A DNA stretch of 64,000 bases. It comes from a virus. The notes below the pieces were generated by a model that was not told the origin of the DNA, did no database searches, and worked only from the letters and a program-made list of their open reading frames with translations. The number at the start of each line of letters is the position of its first letter. The first letter of the stretch is position 1. The stretch spans positions 1 through 64,000 of the IMG/VR virus record IMGVR_UViG_3300005327_000002; one strand, written 5' to 3'. Positions 28,273-37,560 of this stretch are shown here, piece after piece. The position numbers were made by a program, and so were the translations under genes.

Positions 28273-30930
28273 ATGGCGAAGGAGATCGTCCTGGAGCCCG
28301 TCGGGGAGGACGACCTGACGGAGGCCTTCACGGCGGCGCTGGAGCAGTGGCTGGCCATCGCGCGCGGGGACAAGGCGGCGCCGGTGGTGCGCTCCTCCTT
28401 CGCGGCCAGCGCGAAGATCCAGCAGCGCACGGTGCGCCGGTGGCTGGACCACGGGTCGCTGACGGCGGCGGTGTCGTGGCCCACCGCGCGGATCTGGCGG
28501 GCCCTGGTGGACGACCACGTCCTGCCGGTGTCCGACCGCCTGTACCGGGCGGCGGCCAGCACCGTGGACGGGACGCTGCTGCAGACGTTCCTCACCGGGG
28601 TGCGCTGGCGGCTGACGGAGGTGTCCACGCTGCTGGACGACATCAAGGCCGCCTACCGCCAGCACGGGGAGGCGGCCCTGGACATCGACTGGGGCGGCGC
28701 CGACGGCACGTCCCTGCCGTGGCGCAGCCGGGCGTCCCTGACCGGCCAGAACGAATCCCAGGTCACCGGCATGCAGGCCGGGGTGGATTCCGCCCCAGTG
28801 GGGGCCATGAAGCGCTGGGTGACCCGGGGTGACGACAAGGTCCGGGCCACCCACGTCAAGGCCGGGCGCTCCGACCCGGTCCCCGTCGGCCAGCCGTTCA
28901 GGGTCGGCGGCCACGACCTCCAGTACCCGGGGGACCCGGCCGGTCCGGCCTCCGAGACGATGCGGTGCCGCTGCCACGCCGTACTGGTGCCGCCCGCGCC
29001 CACCGCACCACCGAGAGAGAGCAGGAAAGCCGCCATGACGGTGGACCACATCACGGCGGCCGTGTCCGCCGACCTGAAGGCGCCGTTCGCGCCCCGGGAC
29101 ACCTCCTGGGACTCCCAGGCCGCCAAGGACGCGCTGCGCACCTGGGCGACCACGGACGGGACCCTGGACGAAGACAAGCTGGCGCAGGGGTACCTGTGGC
29201 GCTCCGACGGCCCGCCGTCGGACTGGTCGCTGCCCGTGGCCACCGTCCGCGACGGCCAGCTGCAGCTGGTCTGGGACGGCGTCACGGCGGCGGCCGCAGC
29301 CGCGCAGGGCGCCCGCACCCCGCTGGCCCTCCCGGCCGCCGACGTCGACCGGATCAAGGCCGCCATCAGCACGCTCTACAAGCGCGCCGGGCAGGAGTTC
29401 GGGGACGACTCCCTGGAGGCCCCCTGGGACCGGCAGACCGCCGCCCTGGGTCCGGGCCTGGACGTCGTCATGGCCGCGCTGCGCACCGCGCCGGGCCTGG
29501 AGCTGGACCTGCTGGCCGCCGCGCAGGCGCGCCTGGAGCAGGACCGCCGCTCCGAGCTGGCGCAGCAGGAGCGGGCACTGATCGCCTCCGCGCTGGGGGA
29601 CGCGATCAAGGCCGCGCCGGAGTGGACGCCCCCGGCGGCGTGGTTCCTCGCCCCGGACGGTTCCCAGAAGGAACTCATCTCCCCGGAGGGCCGGGTGGCG
29701 GGGTACGTCGCCACGTGGCTGGACGACCAGGGCAATCCGACCTGCCACACCGGCTACGCCTCCCAGGGGTACTGCGAACCGGTCCCGCGCGGGGGCGACT
29801 ACTCGTACTTCCACCAGGCGAACGTGGTCCTGACCCTGGACGACGGAACCCAGGTGCACCCCGGCCTGCTGACCACCGACATCGGGCACGGCTCCCCGGC
29901 CGCGCAGTCCGTGGACGCCCAGGCCGCGCACTATGACAACCCGCTGGCCATCGCGGCCGCCGTGGTCGTCGGGGAGGACGAGAAAGGCATCTGGATGGCG
30001 GGGTCCGTCCTGCCGGACGTCCTGCAGGACGCGGACCGGCTGCGGCGCCTGCGCCTGGCCTCCGTCTCCGGGCACTGGGCGCCGACGATGCCCGGCGGCC
30101 CCATGGACATGATCGCGGTGACGGCCGTCAACCACCCCGGCTTCGCCCAGCGCAGCCGGGGGCGCTACGCCCTGGCCGCGTCGCTGGCGGCCGCGCTGCA
30201 GGGCGACGACCAGAAGTACGCCACCGCGCTGCTGGACGTCCTGGAGCAGGCCCTGGTGCTGTCCTCCAACTACCTGGAGTCGGGCGCCGGTGCGGCCTCC
30301 GGCATGGCGGAGCTGGCGGCGGAGGTGCTGGAGAACGTCGGGGAGGCCGTGGCCACCCTGCAGGAGTGGACCAGCGGCGCCTCCCCGGAGGGCGACGCGC
30401 CGCCGGAGGACATGGCGGCGTCCGGCCGCACGCTGCGCGCCCAGGCCAAGGCCCAGATCCGGGTCCTGGCCACGCTCCTGGACCAGCTGACCGACCCGCA
30501 GGAGCAGCTGGCGCCGGTGATCCCGCTGCAGGCCGGTGGCGACGGCTGCGGCTGTTCCGGGGCGGCTCCCGAAGGCGCTCCGGCGTCGGAGCCGGTGGCG
30601 GCCTCCGGCGGCGCGCTGGCGGCGCTGCCCGACGGCCTGGAGCCGGAGCTGGTGGCCGCCGCCCGCGCGGCCCTGGCGGAGCTGGCGGACGCCAAGGCCC
30701 TGAAGGCGGCGTCCGTCCCGGACCAGGTGACGCTGCCGAAGTGCCTGCAGATCCTGTCCGACTACCTGTCCGAGACCGGCGCGGACTCCCCGCAGCAGTC
30801 CCGGGCGGCGGCGGTGAAGGCGGCGGAGTCCATCTGCCGCAGCGGTGAAGTGATCGACGCGGCGCTGCGGGCCAAGGCCTGCCGCCTGCTCTCCGAGTAC
30901 CGGGTGAAGTCCGGTGGAAAGGCGGCCTGA
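28273..30930 (+). CDS. MuF-like minor head protein fused to putative capsid maturation protease/scaffold
   Basis: KRWVTRGDDKVRATH...PF.VGG..L.YPGDP.GP..ET..CRC (MuF); GEDEKGIWMAG...SGHW...VTAVNHPGF protease-like region. Confidence 0.75.
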   Translation: MAKEIVLEPVGEDDLTEAFTAALEQWLAIARGDKAAPVVRSSFAASAKIQQRTVRRWLDHGSLTAAVSWPTARIWRALVDDHVLPVSDRLYRAAASTVDGTLLQTFLTGVRWRLTEVSTLLDDIKAAYRQHGEAALDIDWGGADGTSLPWRSRASLTGQNESQVTGMQAGVDSAPVGAMKRWVTRGDDKVRATHVKAGRSDPVPVGQPFRVGGHDLQYPGDPAGPASETMRCRCHAVLVPPAPTAPPRESRKAAMTVDHITAAVSADLKAPFAPRDTSWDSQAAKDALRTWATTDGTLDEDKLAQGYLWRSDGPPSDWSLPVATVRDGQLQLVWDGVTAAAAAAQGARTPLALPAADVDRIKAAISTLYKRAGQEFGDDSLEAPWDRQTAALGPGLDVVMAALRTAPGLELDLLAAAQARLEQDRRSELAQQERALIASALGDAIKAAPEWTPPAAWFLAPDGSQKELISPEGRVAGYVATWLDDQGNPTCHTGYASQGYCEPVPRGGDYSYFHQANVVLTLDDGTQVHPGLLTTDIGHGSPAAQSVDAQAAHYDNPLAIAAAVVVGEDEKGIWMAGSVLPDVLQDADRLRRLRLASVSGHWAPTMPGGPMDMIAVTAVNHPGFAQRSRGRYALAASLAAALQGDDQKYATALLDVLEQALVLSSNYLESGAGAASGMAELAAEVLENVGEAVATLQEWTSGASPEGDAPPEDMAASGRTLRAQAKAQIRVLATLLDQLTDPQEQLAPVIPLQAGGDGCGCSGAAPEGAPASEPVAASGGALAALPDGLEPELVAAARAALAELADAKALKAASVPDQVTLPKCLQILSDYLSETGADSPQQSRAAAVKAAESICRSGEVIDAALRAKACRLLSEYRVKSGGKAA

Positions 30931-30931
30931 C

Positions 30932-31165
30932 ATGGCTGGTTCGTGCTGCGGAGGAGGCGCTGCGGCGCCCCGTCCGGCGGTGTCCGTCCCGGGCGGCGGC
31001 TCCGGCCCGCTGGTGACGCGCCACGGCGTGCTGGAGTGGGTGCACATCTCGGCGGGCGGCGCGGAGTCGTTCTACGCCAGCGCGGCGGAGGTGGACTCCG
31101 CCATTGAGCTGTTCGGCGGGAGCAAGGACCACCGGCCCGCCCCCGGGTCGAAGCCGACCGCGTGA
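30932..31165 (+). CDS. Small virion-associated hypothetical protein (MAGSCCGGG)
   Basis: Follows head protease gene by 1 nt. Confidence 0.55.
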   Translation: MAGSCCGGGAAAPRPAVSVPGGGSGPLVTRHGVLEWVHISAGGAESFYASAAEVDSAIELFGGSKDHRPAPGSKPTA

Positions 31166-31258
31166 CGGGGCGCCAGCGGTAGCATGCCGCCAGCAACCCG
31201 GGCCCCCGGCCGCGATCAGCGGCCGGGGGCCTCCCACGTTCGGCAGCAGGAGAAGCAC

Positions 31259-31786
31259 ATGGACGACCGGCCGGAGAACCTGGTGCACAAGCTGATGGAC
31301 CACGTGGCCGTCCAGGCCGTCGGCGACGCCATGCCGCTGGTGGGCCAGCCCGCCACCCAGGAGGGGAAGCTGGACTGGGACAACCCAAGCGCGGTCTACC
31401 TGCAGCTGGACACCCAGGTCCGCATGATGCGCGACCTGACCCGCATCCCCGGGGAGAAGCTGGCCGACCCGGACTACCGGCTGCGCACCCAGGCCGCCCT
31501 GCAGTGCCTGGGTGCCGGGTACCTGCTGCTGCTGTCCGTCGACTCCGAACCGGGCTCCGCCGCCCTGGCGTCCGGCGGCACCGTGGGCGACCTGACCGCG
31601 CTGCACGGCCTGCGCTACCGCAACCTGGCACGGACGCTCCTGGACCACGAAGTGGAGTGCCCGGGCCACGCGGAGCCCAGCGGCCTGCGGGTGGCGGTGG
31701 ACCTGCACGTGGAGAACGTGCCCGGCGGTGCTCCGTCCGGGGGAGTCCCGGGCCGGACGGACGGCGCGGACGGCGGCTCCCGGTAG
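31259..31786 (+). CDS. Hypothetical protein
   Basis: SD AGGAG before ATG. Confidence 0.6.
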   Translation: MDDRPENLVHKLMDHVAVQAVGDAMPLVGQPATQEGKLDWDNPSAVYLQLDTQVRMMRDLTRIPGEKLADPDYRLRTQAALQCLGAGYLLLLSVDSEPGSAALASGGTVGDLTALHGLRYRNLARTLLDHEVECPGHAEPSGLRVAVDLHVENVPGGAPSGGVPGRTDGADGGSR

Positions 31787-31809
31787 GGTCGGCACCGACG
31801 CACCACGCG

Positions 31810-31848
31810 GCGAAGGCCCGCCCCGACGGACATGGGGGCGGGCCTTCG
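31810..31848. terminator. Bidirectional terminator
   Basis: cgaaggcccgcccc...ggggcgggccttcg between convergent operons. Confidence 0.7.
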
Positions 31849-31859
31849 TCGTGCGGGCG

Positions 31860-32186
31860 CTACAGGGACTGGACGACCAGGTGTCCGGCGCGGTGCAGCA
31901 GGGCCAGGTGGTGGCGCAGCTGGTCCTTGTGCTCGCTGGGCGGGCCGTCCGGGTGGGTGCAGCCGGTGCAGCCGAAGCGCGCCCCGGCGGGCACCCAGAA
32001 CTCCAGCAGGTCGGCGTGCTGGCGGGCCAGGTGGGCCGTCAGCCGCTCGAAGGCCGACAGGGCGCCCTGGTCGGGACGGCCCGGACCGGCCAGCCGGGGC
32101 GGGTACTCCAGGCGCAGCAGGAGGGCGGCGTGGCCCTTCTCGCACTCCTCGCAGCCCTGCGCCCAGCGGACCGGAGCGGCGCTCAC
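31860..32186 (-). CDS. Small Cys/His-rich hypothetical protein
   Basis: GTGA coupling; CEEC, CTGC, several His. Confidence 0.55.
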   Translation of the reverse strand: MSAAPVRWAQGCEECEKGHAALLLRLEYPPRLAGPGRPDQGALSAFERLTAHLARQHADLLEFWVPAGARFGCTGCTHPDGPPSEHKDQLRHHLALLHRAGHLVVQSL

Positions 32187-32707
32187 CGGACGGCCTCCGC
32201 CCGGGCCAGCCGGACGTGGGCGACGTCGTCCACCATGTCGAACTCCAGCGTGCCGTCCTCCCGCCAGACGTCCACCTGGTGGTTGAAGGCGATCATGTGG
32301 ACGCCTCCCTGGACCTCCATCACCCAGTGCTCCAGGTCCTGCACGGTGGTGAAGCCCCGGGGGTCGGCGTCCGGGAAGTCGGGGTCCTCCGGCTGGTCGA
32401 AGTACGCCCGGATGACCTTCTGCGCCTGGGCCACCTCCTGCCCCTTCTCCAGGGAGAACAGCTGCAGGGCCCGGGTGATCTCGGCGCCGGGCTCCAGCAG
32501 GAAGCCCCAGAAGTCCTCCACGGCGCTGGTCGGGCGCAGGACCCTGCCGCCAGTGCTGCCGGGCTGGGGCGCGATCCACACGCGGTGGGTGGTGTCGACG
32601 TAGGCGACGGGGTGGGAGCTGTATTCGCTCCATCCGCCCTGCCGGTGGGGGTTGACGACGACGAAGCGCCAGTCCGGCATGAGGATGGCGGGGGTGGGCT
32701 GGGTCAT
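32183..32707 (-). CDS. Hypothetical protein
   Basis: SD GGAAGGA. Confidence 0.7.
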   Translation of the reverse strand: MTQPTPAILMPDWRFVVVNPHRQGGWSEYSSHPVAYVDTTHRVWIAPQPGSTGGRVLRPTSAVEDFWGFLLEPGAEITRALQLFSLEKGQEVAQAQKVIRAYFDQPEDPDFPDADPRGFTTVQDLEHWVMEVQGGVHMIAFNHQVDVWREDGTLEFDMVDDVAHVRLARAEAVR

Positions 32708-32765
32708 GTCGGTGATCCTTCCGGTTCGATCGGTCGAAGTGCTGTAGTCGGTTGGTGACAGCGTG

Positions 32766-33035
32766 TCAGGCGGTGGGGGTGTCGTCGGCGGGCTTGGCGA
32801 ACTCCGCCGTGTAGCGGGCCAGCCACCAGCCCAGGAACTCCACGGCCTTGTTCCGGGCCGCCTGCTCCGTCTGGAAGCGCTGCTGGGCCAGGCGCAGGGC
32901 GGCGCGGCCGGGCAGCTTGCAGTCCAGGACGTACATTCCGCCGGGGTCGCGGGTGGTGGCGTAGCCGACGGTGAACATCTCGGTGGTGCCGAGCGTCCCC
33001 ACGGTCGTGTTGCGGGTCTTCGTCCAGGCGAGCAT
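32766..33035 (-). CDS. Hypothetical protein
   Basis: SD GAGAGGG before ATG. Confidence 0.6.
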   Translation of the reverse strand: MLAWTKTRNTTVGTLGTTEMFTVGYATTRDPGGMYVLDCKLPGRAALRLAQQRFQTEQAARNKAVEFLGWWLARYTAEFAKPADDTPTA

Positions 33036-33106
33036 GTGCGTGCCCTCTCGGGTCGGTGGCGGGCCCCCGGCCGGGCGGCCGGGGGCAGTGGTGCGATCGT
33101 GCCGGG

Positions 33107-34150
33107 TCAGTCGCTGCCGGGCGGCCAGGGCTTGGACCAGCCCCACGCCGACGGGTCGTCCCCCAGGCAGTCCGGGCAGGAGCCGCAGTCGTTGCAGGAC
33201 TCGTACGGGAGCGGGGTGCGGTCGCCGTACTTCGACGCCGCCGGGTCGGCGCCCGGGTGGGCGTGCTCCGGGTGGACCAGCTTCGACGGGTCGCGGCGCT
33301 CCGGCTGCGGCCGGGCCGGGGCCTGGGCGCGTCCGGCGGCGGGCAGCTGCTGGCGGGACGGGGCATTCAGCGCGGCCAGCGCGGTGCGCAGCTGATGCTC
33401 CGTGGCGTCGTTCGGGTTGTGGCCGTAGGTCCGGGTGTACTGGTCCACCAGCTGCTCCCGGGACCAGCCCAGGGCGTGGGCGGCGTCCTTCAGCTGGCGC
33501 GCGGCCTGGGACCGTCCGGACGGCTGCTGCCCGGAGGGCTGGCGGCCCTGCTGCGGGCGCTGGCCCTGGCGCTGGCCTCCACGGTCCGGGCGCTGCCCCC
33601 GGGGCTGCTGGCGGCCGCGCTGCGCCCCGCCGTCGGCCATCTCCTGGCGGCCGCGCTCCATCATCCGGGCCTCATGCTCCGCCTTGTGGCGGTCGGGGGT
33701 GTCGGAGTCCCCGTCGGCCAGGCCGTCCACCGGGATGTGGAACAACGCGGTGAGCATGTACTTCAGGGCGGCGGTCTCCGCCTTCATGGTGGCCTTGTCC
33801 GCGACGTCCCCGCCCTCACCCCAGTACGCGGCGGTGAAGGTGGAGCCGTCGGGGCCCACCAGGGTGTACTCCACCCGGACGGCCACGTAGTTCTGGCGGC
33901 CGCGCTGCTCGGAGACGCGCTCACCGGCCACGGGGATGATGACCAGCTGGTGCTGGACCAGGGCCCGGTTGAAGGCCGCCAGCACGTCCTCAATGGACCT
34001 GTAGGAGTAGCTGCTGTGGTCGTTCCAGCCGGACTTGCCGATGCCCACCGTGCCGATGGTGTGCATCACGTCCAGGACGGCCTGGTGGACGGTGCGGGGC
34101 GCCGCCCCCCGGGAGGGGGCGGCGGTCGTGATGACTGCTTCGACGGTCAC
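33107..34150 (-). CDS. ERF-family single-strand annealing protein
   Basis: YSYRSIEDV..AFNRALVQHQL, GEGGD.ADKATMKA.TAALKY.L...FHIP. Confidence 0.85.
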   Translation of the reverse strand: MTVEAVITTAAPSRGAAPRTVHQAVLDVMHTIGTVGIGKSGWNDHSSYSYRSIEDVLAAFNRALVQHQLVIIPVAGERVSEQRGRQNYVAVRVEYTLVGPDGSTFTAAYWGEGGDVADKATMKAETAALKYMLTALFHIPVDGLADGDSDTPDRHKAEHEARMMERGRQEMADGGAQRGRQQPRGQRPDRGGQRQGQRPQQGRQPSGQQPSGRSQAARQLKDAAHALGWSREQLVDQYTRTYGHNPNDATEHQLRTALAALNAPSRQQLPAAGRAQAPARPQPERRDPSKLVHPEHAHPGADPAASKYGDRTPLPYESCNDCGSCPDCLGDDPSAWGWSKPWPPGSD

Positions 34151-34584
34151 GCGGCCAGGCCCATCCGGGCGGCGCGGGCGGTGGCGATGCCCTCACGGAC
34201 ACCGGCCAGCAGGCCGTCCGCGTCGTAGGTCTTGCGGGTCTGGCGCTCCGTCACGCTCTCGTCGGCGGAGGCCATGTCCTCCACGGAGGCGCGGAACATG
34301 GAGAAGAAGGCGGTGACCTTCGGCTGCGGGCCGCGCCACACACGGCGGGTGGTGCGGTGGCGGGTGATGCGGTCCAGGCGGAAGGTGCGCATCTCGCCGC
34401 GCAGCTGGCAGTAGGCGCGGATGACGATGTCCCCGGCCTTCGTGACGTCGATCGAGTGGATCTCGATCGTCCGGACCTCCACCTCCGGGGAGTCCTTCCC
34501 GCACTCGTAGGTGATGGTGACGGGGCGCAGGGCTTCGGCGGCGGTGGTGAGCTGGGCCAGGCGGCGGGTCTCGGTGATCGGCAC
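34147..34584 (-). CDS. Stand-alone WYL-domain protein
   Basis: VTITY...RTIE...AYCQLRGEMRTFRLDRI; coupled to ERF by GTGA. Confidence 0.85.
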   Translation of the reverse strand: MPITETRRLAQLTTAAEALRPVTITYECGKDSPEVEVRTIEIHSIDVTKAGDIVIRAYCQLRGEMRTFRLDRITRHRTTRRVWRGPQPKVTAFFSMFRASVEDMASADESVTERQTRKTYDADGLLAGVREGIATARAARMGLAA

Positions 34585-34682
34585 GGTAGGGTCGTCCTTG
34601 CTCTCGGTGGGACCGGGGGTGCTGGGCCCCTCCCGCGTGCTGGCGTGCGATCGGGTGGGGCCCTTCGTTGTACTGCCTTGTG

Positions 34683-34736
34683 ATAGTACACCGAAGCCCC
34701 GCCATGATGCAACATGATGTGGCATCTTGGCGGGGC
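34683..34736 (-). promoter_or_regulatory. Hairpin/operator/promoter unit 1
   Basis: Minus strand ATGCCACATCATGTTGCAT; TTGCAT-N18-TACTAT; arms gccccgcca/tggcggggc. Confidence 0.75.
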
Positions 34737-34750
34737 CGGGTTGTGGCCGG

Positions 34751-35716
34751 TCAGGCTTGCTTCTGGACCACCAGCAGGTCGCCCAGGCCGTATCCGGAGA
34801 CGTCCCAGCGCTGCTCCAGGAGCGCGCGGACCTCCTCCAGGCGGCGGGCGACCGTGCTGCCGTCGGAGTCCAGTGCGGCGTGGCTCTCGGTGTAGCCGAC
34901 CACCACGCCGCCGGAGGCCCGGGTGCGCACGCGAGCACCTTCCGACCAGCGGCGCCCACCCGGGGCGGTCTTGCTCAGGGCGACGCCGTGGCGGGCCAGG
35001 TAGCGACGGACGGCGTCGTAGGCGGCCTCCGGGCCCGGGCCGGTCGGGATGCGCGGGGAGGCGATGGCGTCCGGCGGCAGCTGGCGGGTGGAGCCGTCGG
35101 CGTAGTGCTCCACCCAGCCCAGGGAGCCGTCCACGTTGGGCTTGTGCGCCTGATCGACCTGCAGCAGGCGCCCGCACGCGGTGCACCAGCTGCCGGAGCG
35201 GTCGACCACGCGGCCCTGGGCGGTGCACAGCACCTCCGTGCGGCGGGTCGCGGGGTGGATCATCTGGTACTGCGTGCGGCGCTGCGGTGCGGTCACCGGC
35301 GCGGCGGCGGGCTTGGCGGTGGCGGGCACGGGCTCCTCCTGGGCGGCCGGGGCGGGGGTCTCCTCCGCCTCCTGCGTGGTGTCGGTGATGCCGGGCACGT
35401 CCTGGCGGACCCGGGGGCCGCTGTTGGAGATGCTGCAATCGGCCCGGCCGTTGAAGTTGTAGACGCTGACCCGGAACGGGAAGCCCTCCGCGTCCGTCGC
35501 TGCTTCGATCGCGTCGGCGTGACGGGCAACCGTGTTGTTGGCCTCCCGGCTGTAGAGGATCACCAGGGTGTACAGGCGCTCCCCGGCGGAGTTGTACTGG
35601 CCCGTCACGCTGAAGTCCCGGCGGCCCGCGCCGCCGCGCTGCTGCAGGCCCAGGGCGCGCAGCGCGCGGGCGACGGCGACGGTCGGGGTCTTCGCGGGGG
35701 CGGGCTTGCGGGCCAT
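34751..35716 (-). CDS. Hypothetical multidomain protein (MARKPAP...)
   Basis: SD GAAGGAG; leader shared with gene at 2438. Confidence 0.7.
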   Translation of the reverse strand: MARKPAPAKTPTVAVARALRALGLQQRGGAGRRDFSVTGQYNSAGERLYTLVILYSREANNTVARHADAIEAATDAEGFPFRVSVYNFNGRADCSISNSGPRVRQDVPGITDTTQEAEETPAPAAQEEPVPATAKPAAAPVTAPQRRTQYQMIHPATRRTEVLCTAQGRVVDRSGSWCTACGRLLQVDQAHKPNVDGSLGWVEHYADGSTRQLPPDAIASPRIPTGPGPEAAYDAVRRYLARHGVALSKTAPGGRRWSEGARVRTRASGGVVVGYTESHAALDSDGSTVARRLEEVRALLEQRWDVSGYGLGDLLVVQKQA

Positions 35717-35754
35717 CGGGGGCTCCTTCGGGTCGGTCGTGCTGGCGTCCCCCG

Positions 35755-35811
35755 ATGATGACACACGAAGACCCCTGATGCAACATCATGAGGCATCAGG
35801 GGTCTTCGTGT
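35755..35811 (-). promoter_or_regulatory. Hairpin/operator/promoter unit 2
   Basis: Minus strand ATGCCTCATGATGTTGCAT; TTGCAT-N17-CATCAT; arms acacgaagacccctg/caggggtcttcgtgt. Confidence 0.75.
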
Positions 35812-35815
35812 CCGG

Positions 35816-36238
35816 TCACGCCACCGTCGCGGGGTAGGTGCGCTCCTGGGCTCCGTCCGGGACGGGCAAGCTGTAGTGCTCGCCCTCCCGGGACGGCCAG
35901 GTGAACACCCGGATGTCCCGGCCGTCCACGGCCCACGGCATGGTGTCCCGGGTGTCCTGGGCCACCTGGTCGGCCAGGTCCTGCTCCGTGGCCGACCAGG
36001 CGGAGGAGCCGTACCTGCTGGCCCGGTCGGCGTCCCCGACGAACACCCGGTAGGTCAGGTCACGGGTGCCGGGCTGCGCGCCGCCGACGTGGTCCCAGCC
36101 CCAGCTGCCCATGGCCAGCAGGCTGGCGAAGGGGCAGCTGTCCAGCGCGGTCCGGGCGGCGGCGTGGTCGGTGCCCTTGTACAGCTCCGTCACGCTGCGG
36201 CCGTCGGAGGTGACCACGGAGTACATGCGGGCGCTCAC
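35816..36238 (-). CDS. Hypothetical protein
   Basis: GTGA coupling to HTH gene. Confidence 0.6.
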   Translation of the reverse strand: MSARMYSVVTSDGRSVTELYKGTDHAAARTALDSCPFASLLAMGSWGWDHVGGAQPGTRDLTYRVFVGDADRASRYGSSAWSATEQDLADQVAQDTRDTMPWAVDGRDIRVFTWPSREGEHYSLPVPDGAQERTYPATVA

Positions 36239-36468
36239 CGGGCGGCCTGCGTGCGGGCGCGGGGCTTGGAGCGGCCCGGGAACTGGGTGCCGTAGCGGCG
36301 CCGGACGGTCTCCCGGGTCACGCCCAGGATGCCGGAGACGGAGTTGACCACGCCGTCCACGCGGGTGGCCAGGATCTCCCGGGCCAGACCGTCGATCTTC
36401 TCCTGCAGGTCGGCCTGCTGCTGCTGCAGGCCTTCCAGCTCCTGAATCTTGCTCTCGGTGGTGTCCAT
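36235..36468 (-). CDS. Small coiled-coil + HTH protein, probable leaderless repressor of the repeated operator
   Basis: VNSVSGILGVTRETVRRRY HTH; ATG 6 nt after -10 box, no SD. Confidence 0.7.
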   Translation of the reverse strand: MDTTESKIQELEGLQQQQADLQEKIDGLAREILATRVDGVVNSVSGILGVTRETVRRRYGTQFPGRSKPRARTQAAR

Positions 36469-36474
36469 GGCCCC

Positions 36475-36580
36475 ATGATGGAGCACGAAGACGCTTAATG
36501 CAACAGGGTGCGCCATTGGGCCTACAGACGGTAACCCAATGCCACATCCTGTTGCATTGAGGGGACTTGCGTGTCATGCT
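36475..36580. promoter_or_regulatory. Divergent operator/promoter pair (units 3 and 4)
   Basis: Minus TTGCAT(36503)-N17-CATCAT; plus ATGCCACATCCTGTTGCAT with TTGCAT(36552)-N17-CATGCT. Confidence 0.75.
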
Positions 36581-36622
36581 GGCTTCTGCCAGCACGGAAC
36601 AGCCCGCCGAGAGGAACCCGAC

Positions 36623-37123
36623 ATGACCGCCTCCGAGACCCCCGCCCGCACCGGGATGCACGTCCGCACCGAGAACGGCACCCGCACCCTGGTGACCACC
36701 CGGGCCGCCCTGGACGAGATGAACGCGGCCATGATGGACAAGGCCGTGAAGCGCACCGTCCGGGAGATGTCCGCCAGCCGCGACAGCGCCGACATCACGT
36801 ACCGGGACGGTCGCAAGGGCCGCAAGGTCAGCCTGCGCCCGGCCAGCGCCCAGGACGTGGCCGACCTGACCCCCGCGCCGGAGACGGAGCCGGAGGCGCC
36901 CGTGGAGAGCGCCCCGGCGGCGCCTGAGTGGCGCACCCTGAAGGGCCTGCGCGTCGGGGACACCGTCCGCCTGTGGTCGGGCAACCGGAAGACCGGACCG
37001 ACCGGAGAGGGCCGGGAGGCCACCCTGGTGGAGATCCGCACCGGCTGGGTCTTCCAGTACACCGACACCGGATGGACGGGCTGGATCGGCGGCGCCGCGT
37101 CCAAGCACTGGGTCTCCGTCTGA
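36623..37123 (+). CDS. Hypothetical protein with SH3/KOW-like C-terminal half
   Basis: SD GAGAGGAA; LRVGDTVRL motif. Confidence 0.65.
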   Translation: MTASETPARTGMHVRTENGTRTLVTTRAALDEMNAAMMDKAVKRTVREMSASRDSADITYRDGRKGRKVSLRPASAQDVADLTPAPETEPEAPVESAPAAPEWRTLKGLRVGDTVRLWSGNRKTGPTGEGREATLVEIRTGWVFQYTDTGWTGWIGGAASKHWVSV

Positions 37124-37189
37124 CCGTCACCGCCCCACGGGGCGCAGCCGCCCGGCTGCGCCCCTGCCCTTACCGAGAGGAACCGAACG

Positions 37190-37273
37190 ATGGCCCGCAA
37201 GACACAGCAGCCCCGCAGGCTGACCGACGCGCCCGGCTGGGTCCGCGACGTCCTGGACGGGGGGCTGCGGTGA
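37190..37273 (+). CDS. 27-aa small ORF (MARKTQQPRRL...)
   Basis: SD GAGAGGAA; GTGA overlap with next ORF. Confidence 0.45.
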   Translation: MARKTQQPRRLTDAPGWVRDVLDGGLR

Positions 37274-37461
37274 GCGCGGGTGTCGCCTGCCGGGTGCGGG
37301 CGCACCGGGGTCTGTGGCGGGTGACGGTCCGCAAGGCCAACTACTCCGCCTTCAACGGCGGGCGCCGGACGCCGTCGGCCTGGTCCCAGCTGCGCTGCCC
37401 GGCCTGCTCCACGTCCTGGCGGAGCAAGGGCGCCTACGTGGACAACGTCCCCGACGCCTGA
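37270..37461 (+). CDS. Small zinc-binding protein (C..H...CPAC)
   Basis: NYSAFNG..RTPS.WS..RC..C...WR pattern. Confidence 0.55.
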   Translation: MSAGVACRVRAHRGLWRVTVRKANYSAFNGGRRTPSAWSQLRCPACSTSWRSKGAYVDNVPDA

Positions 37462-37468
37462 CCTGCGC

Positions 37469-37522
37469 CGAAGACCCCCAATGCCACATGATGTTGCATT
37501 GGGGGTCTTCGTGTGTCATTCT
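37469..37522 (+). promoter_or_regulatory. Hairpin/operator/promoter unit 5
   Basis: ATGCCACATGATGTTGCAT; TTGCAT-N17-CATTCT; arms cgaagaccccca/tgggggtcttcg. Confidence 0.78.
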
Positions 37523-37560
37523 GGTCTCTCGACCGCACGACCGACCCGAAGGAGCACGAC

